Part shown: one piece after another, positions 54,676 to 64,000 of the stretch
Numbering within the stretch: the first letter of the stretch is position 1
How the letters are laid out: each line of letters opens with the position of its first letter
Assembly (NCBI RefSeq): GCF_009914755.1
Contig: NC_060933.1
Direction: 5' to 3' (one strand)
Origin: the human T2T-CHM13v2.0 reference genome, Homo sapiens
DNA: 64,000 bases
Made by a program: the position numbers and the translations under genes
Notes under the pieces: generated by a model
What the model saw: only the letters and a program-made list of their open reading frames with translations
Told to the model about the DNA's origin: nothing
Databases searched by the model: none

Positions 54676-54949
54676 CAGTAGTGAAATATTGAGAGTCAAG
54701 TCTCAACAGTGAGTAACTGTGGTCTACAGGTACACTTTTAGTCACTTACAAGCCCAGTGCGTTCAGAAATCACAGGCGAAATCTCTAACCAAAAATTAAG
54801 CCAAGCTGTCCATTGGCTCATGGTTGGATATGTAAAATCTCCAATATTCGCCTAGAAGCAGGAGGCACAAGGTGAATACTAAGGCCTTCTTATGGACTGC
54901 TATCCTGAAAGGCAATCACAAAACTCCTAGAAAAGGAAAAGTGGCAACA

Positions 54950-57400
54950 GAGGAGAAATGTAAAGAAACATCAAAATGAGCCTTCAATCAAAATTCCATA
55001 AACACAAGAAGAAATGCTAAGATGGACCACGAACCAACAATTAGGATATGAATGCATTCGAGACATAATACCTTCTAAGAAAAAAATGTGATAAGGATTA
55101 AAGACAAGTGTATTTACAATTATCAAACATTTATACAAAGTATAAATGACACCAAAAAAAATTACGAAACAAACAAAGCAAAAATAAAATAAGGAATTGA
55201 AATAAAACATTTCATTAAATAGATTTTATACTAGGCTGGGCACAAAGAAAACTGAACTAGAAAATTGTGGAACTCATTAAAGCACAGTAAATGAAGATTA
55301 AAAAGAACAAAAATATGAGAAGTCAGCTAAGGGACATAAAAGGGAATTGTTAGACACTAATATTTATTATTATATAAGAATTTCTGAAAAAGTAGAAGAA
55401 ATGCCTGAAAATCACTACCTATAAAGGAGAGTTGAGAATTTTTAATGATTGGAGAAAGATACAAATCCTCCAATCAAAATGTATTTCAATTCCAAGCAAG
55501 ATAAATAAATAGAAACCTACTCTGTGACATGCTGTAGCAAAACAACTAGGATAAAGACAGAATACATATAAAATCTTTAAAAAAATGAATAGAAATCTTA
55601 TAGAATGAATATAAATTATATAAATTTTCAAAGGAATATAAAAAGTTTAAAATTATCAGAGAGAGAAGACAATATACCAATAAAAGTAGGTAAACACATG
55701 TACATGAGATAGTCAATGAAAATTGAATAATATTGTTCAAATATTTAAGGAAAAATCTGTCAATTTATAATTTTATACCCAACTGTACTACCCTTTAAGG
55801 ATGGATGTAAGATAAAGATTCTTTTATGTATACAAAGACTATGAGACTTTATCTACCATAGATTCTCTCTCAAATAAATACTAACTAAATGATATCTTTC
55901 AGTAAGAAGAAACATAAACAAAGGGAGATCTGGGGATTCCAGGATGAATGTAGAGTGATTTTATTTTAGATCAACAGAGAGAGAGAGAGAGAGATTTAGA
56001 TGATTGATAGGTAAATAAAATAAAAGACCTCACTCACACATATTCATTATCTGCATAATAAATAGGATAGCAATAAATTTGTTGCAATACCCTAGACCTC
56101 CCATAAACAAATTTCCTGTAAACTCAATCAAGGATGAGTAATAATCACAAGGGTATTACCACATCATCCACCTAAAAATACTACAAGGTAAAAAATAAAA
56201 GCAGGAAACAGGCAGGGAGGAAAAAACAGATTTTAAAAATACTCTTTAAAATGTTGAGACTATGTATTTGGCCATGGCCTTTAAATTTTTTAATTAGTTC
56301 TACAAATCTAGGTAGGGCACAAAGGGGATCTATAAGGCTTTGGGTAAACTGTGGCAAGACAACAAAAAGAGAAAATTTGAGCTTGCAAAGATCAAAGAAG
56401 TGGAAGAATAAAATAAAAGAAAATTATCAAACAATAACAACAAACGCCATTGGGAAGTAGCTCAAGAGTAACAGCCACTCCTTAAAACATAACAAAGGAG
56501 AGAGAGGACATGATTGTGCATAGTAAGGAAGATGAAATTAAAGTAAAAGATTACAAAAACATTTATATAGATACACACAAGGAATATCCAGCATCACATA
56601 ATTGTTATCCTCAGTGAAGAAAAACAAAATGATAGAAGAAAGAAATTTAAGGCAAGAAAACTTTTCAGAAATAAAAGACTTTATCCATTAAAAGAGTACA
56701 TTATGCCCCAGGAAATATTAACACTAAACAATTAACAGAAAGACATAATATAGTAAAATTACTGGATCTCAAAGGTAAATGAGTAATCCTTTGGACAACC
56801 AAGAAAAAATGGTAAGTCATCAAAAAAGGTAAAAATTTAGGCAGGCCTCAGACGTTTTTCCTGGAAACATTCTTAATACCAAGAGACTGTAAAGCAAAGC
56901 TTACAAAGTCTGAAGAAAAAGAAAAAAACTGACATAAGACGTAGCCAGACAAACTTGTCCAAATATAAAGGCAAGAGAAAAATAATTTTAAATGAAAAAT
57001 TAATATATAATTTCCAAGAAGTTTTGAAAGAAATTATCAGAGAATGAACAGAAATACATGGCACAAGAATGCATGCTGAGTATTGACATCATTTTTTCAT
57101 AAAAGATTTCATAAAAGATTACAAGAATGTAAATGTTATAATCCTGACAAAATAAATAAAGCTGAAAAGAGAGGAGATGAGAGGCAATGAATGTAAGCTG
57201 ACTTCTTCATGTTTTATCACCAAGGGTAAGTATTAGTCAAGGATAATAAATCAAGTCAAAGTGATATAAATATATACATAGAAAACTAAAAGTAACATTA
57301 ATAAAAAATAACGTATTAAACAAAAAAATTGAGTGGCAAAATGGAAAGAGATGAAAATGAAGACATTAAAATTGTACTAATTTCATCATTGCTTTTAGAA
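54950..57400 (+). mobile_element. Two successive old HAL1/L1ME ORF1-like remnants
   Basis: A-rich; ORF1-like motifs occur twice ('aattttatacccaac' ~55770; 'gacataatatagtaaaattactgga' ~56745). Confidence 0.55.
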
Positions 57401-57436
57401 AGAAATTAGTAAGTACAGCTCATAAAAACAAAACAG

Positions 57437-57570
57437 GGACCTGGCATGGTGGTTCATACCTATAATCCCAGCAGTTTGGAAGGTTGAGGTGGTAGGATCA
57501 CTTGAGGCCAGGAGTTTGAGACCAGTCTGGAAAACACAGAAAATTCCCATCTCTACAAAAAATAAGTAAA
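57437..57570 (+). mobile_element. Alu left monomer (FLAM_C/AluJ-like)
   Basis: 'ggatcacttgaggccaggagtttgagacc...catctctacaaaaaata', with no right arm. Confidence 0.9.
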
Positions 57571-57792
57571 GTAATAAAAAAGGAATTACTAAAACAAAAT
57601 ATAACTTCTGAAAATGTATATACACAAAAATATACAAATTGTATCATGAAATAAAAAATATAGAAGCAATTAAATATAGAACTAAGGATAAATATCTCAT
57701 ATCAATAAATACATTGTTTTATACATATAGTTTTATGAATATGTTAAGAGGGCAAGGCAAAATTTAATGTACTGCAACATTCAAAAGATAAA

Positions 57793-58245
57793 CTGTTCTA
57801 ATCTAGGCTTTCCAAAAAAGCAGGTTGATACATACAGATAGTTAGCTCCAGGAAGTAATCCTAAGGATCAGGAGTAGAGGCTTGGGAAGGGTGAAACGGA
57901 AAGCCAAATCAAGGGTATGTTATGGAGTTGACTACCACTATGGGCAACTGGGCGTGATACCACTAGAGACTTATATGCAGCCATGTGAACATGCCTTAGA
58001 ATTGTCCATCCAGGAGATGGAAAGGAGAATATTTATCTGTTGTTCTCCTGTCATGGAGAACAAATTCATTAGTCATGAATTTTTGTCCATGATAATGTCT
58101 GAGCAGGTATATATAGTTACATAGATCGTGATACAGACGAGTGAAGTGCTGTTAGGTTACACTTACACAGAGCCAGCTTCTGCAAGAGCTAGATTAAAAA
58201 GTGGGCCAAGAGAATGTGAGGCAGGACACAAGCTGTGTCTGATAC
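57793..58245. mobile_element. ERVL LTR, LTR33/LTR16-like
   Basis: 'tgttctaatctaggc...ggaagtaatcctaagga..aggagt...aaagccaa...accactatgggcaactggg...tctgataca'. Confidence 0.65.
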
Positions 58246-59205
58246 ACATACATAAAGATGTGGCTCAGAGAAGTTGAAAATAAAACAACTTGGCAAAGAC
58301 TCATCCGGCAAATCACTTGGGGGAGAAACTCAAACAAGGTTGAATTTAGGACAAATGTATTAAAAGGGTGCAACTTACAGCGAACATCCAAAAATTACAA
58401 ATGCCTTTGCACCAAATAATACACAGACATTTTCATAAAGCAAAAGCTACAGAAAACAAAGAAAGAGACAGGAAACAACATCAAAATAAAATAAAATCCT
58501 TGAGTCCAAGAAGAAATCAAAGTGAAATAGGCACAATATTTAGAAACTAAAAAATAAAATAGAAAAAAAGAATAACTATAAACAAGTTACCCTTTGAAAA
58601 GTAACTGGCCCAGATGTTTGTTATCAAGAAATTCTACCAAACTTTTAAGAAGCAGATAATTCTGGTACTATTTCAACTGTTCCAGAAAATAGATTTTAAA
58701 AGGAAAGTACCCAAATCAGTTTTATGAAGTATGACAATGGTACCAAACCCTTACAAAGATAGCACCAACAAAAGAGGAAACTACAAACCAGTCATTTACA
58801 AATATTGATGCAAATATCACAAAAAACAGGATATAACATAATTGTTAAATTTACAAACCATGATAATAAGTTTTATTCAATGAATGCAAGAATAGTTGGA
58901 TACTTGGATATCTATTTATATAGTTCACTATACTAACCGTTATGAATATAAAAATTGTACAAAAACTACATAGTTATTTAAAAGGCATTATAAAATGTAA
59001 CAACTATTCTGTATGTTTTTAAACAAAAATACATGAAAATACCTGTGTGTGGATGTGTGCATATGCATATTTAATAAAAAGCACACAAGAAAATTTATTA
59101 AATTCCAAGAAGAAGACAAGATATGTTTTTTCTTTTAATATTTAATATTTTTCGGAGGAAACAGTCCCCCAAAAATGAGATATAAAAACAGGAAAAATGA
59201 AGATA

Positions 59206-59282
59206 ATTTTTTTGTTTTTGAGGTGGAGTCTCGCCCTGTTGCCCAGGCTGGAGTGCAGTGGCACAATCTCAGCTCACTGCAA
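59206..59282 (-). mobile_element. Severely 5'-truncated Alu (3' ~65 bp plus tail)
   Basis: 'tttttgaggtggagtctcgccctgttgcccaggctggagtgcagtggcacaatctcagctcactgcaa'. Confidence 0.93.
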
Positions 59283-59729
59283 AAAGGTAAAATTTATCAT
59301 TATTTGAGGATACCATTAACTGGAAATTCCAGAAGAATCAAGTGGAAGCTCTTTCAAATGGTAAGAATTCACTGAGTTCACTAGGTAAAAAATATATAGA
59401 CAGAAATCAAAAGCTTTCATATATAAAAACAGCAATCAGCCCACATAATGGAAGAAAAATCAATACCACTTAAAAAGATAAAATACCTTAAAAAAATGAA
59501 ATTAACAAGAAATACCTATGATCTATAGGAAGAAATCTTTAAAATGGTAGTAAGGGACTTCAAAACGACAAATACATAGAATCATATTCTTGAATACAAA
59601 TATTATATATCATGAGGATGTCAATTTTTCCCATATTGATCTATATTTAATGAAATTTTCCCTCCCCAGAATACCAACAGTTTATTTTAACAAAGCAAGC
59701 TGATTCTGATGCTCATATAAAAACATTAT

Positions 59730-60089
59730 TATATTAGTCTGTTCTCTATGCTGCTAATAAAGACATACCTGAGACTGGGTAATTTATAAAGAAAAAGAGG
59801 TTTAATGGACTCACAGTTCCACGTGGCTGGGGAGGCCTCACAATCATGCTGGAAGGTGAAAGGCATGTCTTAACATGGCGGCAGGCAAGGAGAGAATGAG
59901 AGCCCCGTGAAAGGTGTTTCCCCTTACAAAACCATCAGATCTTGTGAGACTTATTCATTACCATGAGAACAGTATGGGGGAAACCGCCCCCATGATCCAG
60001 TTATCTCCCACCGGGTCCCTCCCACAACATGTGAGAATCATGGGAGCTACAATTCAAGATGAGATTTGGGTAGGGATACAGCCAAACCA
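59730..60089 (-). mobile_element. THE1 (MaLR) solo LTR
   Basis: 'tattagtctgttctc.atgctgctaataaagacatacctgagactggg...gagatttgggtagggatacagccaaacca'. Confidence 0.95.
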
Positions 60090-60771
60090 GGAAAATTCAA
60101 AAGAATAATGAAGGGCAAATTGCACTATTCTATACTAAAATTTATTATAAAATTATAATACTTAGAATGCTTATACATGAATAGACAGATCATTCTAATA
60201 GAATTGAAAGTTCTGAATTGGACCTAAATATAATTTAGTATATGTTAAATTTGGTCTTTCATTTCAATAGGGAAAATATGTAAATTATTCAAAACATTGT
60301 TTCAAGACATTCTGGTTACATTCCTGGATTCCTACCATACAGTAACACAAAAAATAAATTTCAGATCAAAGATCTGAATATCAATTATATATAGAAGTAC
60401 TAAATAAAATTATGAGGGAATTTTTCTCTAAAAGTACAACATAAAATTATGAGAGAACATTTGGAAGGTCCTTCTAGGTAAGACATGAAACTCAGAAGTT
60501 CAAGAAATAGAGATTGATAACCGTGACTAACCAAAGAAAAATTAATTGTCTGCTTGGCAAAAAAAAACACCATGAACCAAATCAAAAAAGAAACTACAAG
60601 TTGAGAGAAATATTTGATATTAATTTCACTAAGTCCTAATTTCTAATTTTTTTAGCATATGTAGAGTACATACAAGAAAATAATTAAAAATGCAATGAGA
60701 AAATATACAAAAAAATTTAAAGAGACAAGACATAAAAATAACTCAAACATATGAAAAATTTCTCAGCCACA

Positions 60772-61339
60772 CTGAAGGGGATCAGAATATGCCACCCCCA
60801 AATATGCTGCTTTGACATATTATTTTGAGCAGAACACAGCTGAGAAACAGCAGATACAGGAAGAGCTATCTGCCCTTCTGCCATCTGACTAAAACCAGGG
60901 CATAAATTTACACTGAAAAAGTTGCTGTTCATGAACCTGGAAGAGAAAAGCACCTTTATCACTGGACACAAGGAATCAACATCAGTAGGAGTCTGCACAG
61001 ATAAACCTTACCAAAATAATCCCTATCTTCCATTCGATTTCCCTCATATATTATCTAGTTATTTTTCCACAAATACCAGCCCTAGAAGTCCAAACCCTCT
61101 TTCCTTTTTCTAGGTACTTCTCCACAATGTATTGCCCTTGGTTAAAATGGTATATAGGTTCCCAACTTTAACTAATTCTTTGCTTTCACTTATTTTCTGT
61201 AAAGCTCCTGTGCATATAAAAATGTTAACACCTATAAAAAGTGTGTCTTTTCTCTGTTAATTTGTCCTTTCTCTGTTTAATTCATAGACTATAGCCACTG
61301 AACCTAAAAGGAGAAAGAACATTTTTTTCCTCCCCTACA
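60772..61339 (+). mobile_element. MER34/MER39-like ERV1 solo LTR
   Basis: TG...CA termini: 'tgaaggggatcagaatatgccacccc'...'ttcctcccctaca'; host L1 resumes on both sides. Confidence 0.8.
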
Positions 61340-61508
61340 CTAGTCACAACAAGGAAAACAAAAATTAAAACCGCAAAACATCATTTTTCCTTATCATATT
61401 GACCAAGATAAGAAAAATCTTGGAAACACACTGAATTAGTGAAAAGGCAGTAAGCAGGTAGGCATATGTATCATTGGTGGCCATAAATAACTCCAATAAA
61501 AACAATCT

Positions 61509-61804
61509 GGGCCTGTTGCAGTGGCTCATGCCTGTAATCCCCGCACTTTGGAAGGTCAAGGCTGGTGGATCACTTGAGGTCAGGAGTTCGAGACCAGCCT
61601 GGCCAATATGGTGAAACCCCGTCTCTACTAAAAAAATACAAAAATTAGCCAGGCATGGTGGTGCACGCCTATAGTCCCAGCTACTCGGGAGACTGAGGCA
61701 GGAAAATCACTTGAACCCGGGAGGCAGAGAGGTTGCAGAGAGCCAACATCCCACCACTGCACTCCAGCCTGAGTGGCAGAGCAAGACTCCAACTCAAAAA
61801 AAAA
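61509..61804 (+). mobile_element. AluS (Sx/Sz-like)
   Basis: Full dimer with A-tail; flanked by aataaaaac. Confidence 0.96.
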
Positions 61805-62056
61805 TAAAAACCACTATTTGGTCATCTCTCTCAAAATTAAAAATGAACACACCTATTTAACCTGCAATGCTGCTCCTAGAAATTGTTCCTATAAATAAAT
61901 GTATATATAATTGAAATTAAACATTTATAAGAATATTCACTGAAGTAGTGTTTGTAGCAGGAAAAAGTTCACTAAGGGAGCAAACTAAATAAATAATAGA
62001 AAATCATCCAATACAATGGAATGGAATGCAGTCATTTTAAAAAGTTAGTAAGCTCT

Positions 62057-62175
62057 AGCCAGGTTCAGTGGGTCATACCTGTAATCCCAGCTACTTGGGA
62101 GAGACTAAGGCAGAAGGATCACTTCAGGCCTGGAGTGTGTGACCAGCTTGGACAACATGGTGAGACTCCACTTCA
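62057..62175 (+). mobile_element. Free Alu monomer (FLAM_A-like)
   Basis: 'cctgtaatcccagctacttggga...ggatcactt..ggcctggag...gaccagcttggacaacatggtgagac'. Confidence 0.8.
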
Positions 62176-62534
62176 TATCATGTCTTAAAAGAGTCCACTA
62201 GAACTAGTAAGAGTAGTTGCTGCTATCGAGGAAACTGAGTCTCTTGGAGATGTGGGTGCAATGTTGGATGAGCTTTGAATCAAATTCATTCATTTCTTAT
62301 TCATAAAGTAAAATTTAAAATATATGTGCTAATGTATGTTGTACATCTTTATGTGGTGTTTTGAAATGTAGTGGACCACAGAGCCATTTTTTAGTGAAAA
62401 GTCATCTCTTTTCAATGTCATCTTTATCTTTACTAAGAAATGATATCTTTCTTTCTCTTTGCATCCATCATATGGTATGTGCTGTGGCCGCACTTAGAAG
62501 AGTAGGACTTGTCACCTATGCTCATGTCTGCTCC

Positions 62535-62640
62535 ATCCCACAAGATCATACCTTTCTTGAGGACATTTCTAGTGCCTTATTCGTCTCTGTATCACTAGCA
62601 TGTATCACAGTGTCAACAAATTAAACATTTGTTGAAGTGA
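62535..62640 (+). mobile_element. L2 3' tip
   Basis: 'ttcttgaggac...ccttattcgtctctgtatcactag...acatttgttgaa'. Confidence 0.6.
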
Positions 62641-63282
62641 CATAATCCTTATCCTTACATTTTGCATTGGAAAGAAGGAATACCCCTGGGAAGGGGCAGA
62701 AGGGTGCTGCAGACAGGGACATATGGCACAGCCCAGTTAGCACAGGCTGCCCATCGATCCAGAAGAGATCTGACTGCCCTGTCCCCTTGGTTACCCTGAC
62801 TGGTCACTTGACTATTCAGCTGCCCTTATTATCGTAATCCCTCAGAAGGCCATCTGCTCTGCTCACAAGAGAGACCTGGCCCCAGGGAGAAGTACTCAGC
62901 TGCCCTGCATCTTCAAATCAGGTCAATTAGACCACTGCTTCTTAATTGTTCATGACGGCTCAGCTATTGTGTATGAACCATCAGTAATTTCCAGTTCATT
63001 GTGGCTAAAGATTCTGGGCTAATGAAGGTTCCAACCTGTCCCTCAGGGTCCCTGGCACCACTCAGCTTGTACATGTTGCTCAGTATCCTAGGGTCATTTC
63101 ACACCTGAATTTCAAACCAAAGTGTAGGTGGGAATAAACCCATACCACACAGGACAGGGCAAAAAGAAGTGTCATTTAAAAACACGAATTCACTTCCTGA
63201 AAAGCAGGGATGGGAACATGCCGACAATAGTCTTAACTGGTCCTTTGAGGAATGGCCTGAAGCCCTGAATACAGGTCGTTAG

Positions 63283-63335
63283 TTTTTGTTTTGTTTTGTT
63301 TTGTTTTGTTTTGTTTTGTTTTGTTTTGTTTTGTT
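63283..63335. repeat. (TTTTG)10 pentanucleotide microsatellite
   Basis: Directly visible, uninterrupted. Confidence 0.97.
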
Positions 63336-64000
63336 CAATCTGAGAAATAACCAGTCCCATGGATGATTGAGGTGAACAACTTACTAGGCCAAATTTATGG
63401 GCTTTTGAAAAATTTCTGAAAAGTGAAATTATCTTTCTAAGACATCTTATTTGAGAAACTCTGGTGTTCATTTTTCATCTTGCCCTGGTATAAATGAAAA
63501 ATCTTCCTGAAAACTCACTACACTGTGAACAGTTGGGTTCCTTTTGTCTGATGGTGAACAAAGGAAAAGTTGATGGAAATGTCCCAGTTGGCACATTTGA
63601 AAAAGGCTGGGTTTGTAACAAAAAACCAACCACTTTCCAGCTTTGACTGAAAGTAAAAAATTTAAGCTTTAAAGCCCCTAAATTTCTCTCTCTCTCTCCA
63701 TCTGATTTTAGATATGTATATAATTCTGAATGTGTATACATATATATGTATATAGGTATATATATTCAGAGTTAGTTGCATACTGAAATGTATTCTCAAG
63801 GTCAAGGATTTCATTGCCACCATCTTTGAAAAAGTAACTAAGACAGAGTGGATCCCTTGTCAATTTACCTTACTCCATTTTGAGACAACTGTAATTGGAG
63901 TTCAGATTCATATAGATGCTGCTTGTAGCATGGTATCACACTAAGCCAAAAAGCCAGCCTTTTGCTGAAAACTCAAAATATTGTAACTATTTTAAAATCC

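Larger units (their letters stand above)
58250..62050 (+). mobile_element. Old L1ME ORF2 / 3' fragments interrupted by Alu, THE1 and MER34-like elements
   Basis: 'gaaattctaccaaacttttaagaagcagataat', 'aatattgatgcaaa', 'gaatattcactgaagtagtgtttgtagcag'. Confidence 0.75.

Overview
This is not microbial DNA. It is AT-rich primate genomic sequence (AluY is present, so catarrhine and probably human), intronic or intergenic, and roughly three quarters interspersed repeat by eye. I found no host protein-coding exon, tRNA/rRNA gene, CpG island or CRISPR array. Every ORF in the track with a recognisable product is a decayed L1 ORF1/ORF2 or Tigger1 transposase fragment; the rest are Alu read-throughs or chance ORFs. 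Main elements: a full-length dead L1PB (5070-11646, -); an L1MC-type LINE (~13290-22855, +) hosting MER2, Tigger1 and several Alus; L2 remnants hosting MER58A, MLT2B, MER11 and MLT1A; an internally deleted L1MA (~40425-46095, -); and old L1MB/L1ME/HAL1 remnants with THE1, MER34-like and LTR33-like LTRs. I cannot support a new biological system. The most notable observations are fossil DNA-repair scars: a 25-bp sequence copied from 2.15 kb away into an L1, a tail-less L1 ORF2 segment replacing part of Tigger1 and carrying an iterative fold-back insertion, and an inverted Alu fusion at a 6-bp microhomology. A young AluY also shows strand-uniform A>G changes. Subfamily names come from recalled consensus sequences and need RepeatMasker/Dfam confirmation. 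Boundaries of old repeats are approximate.
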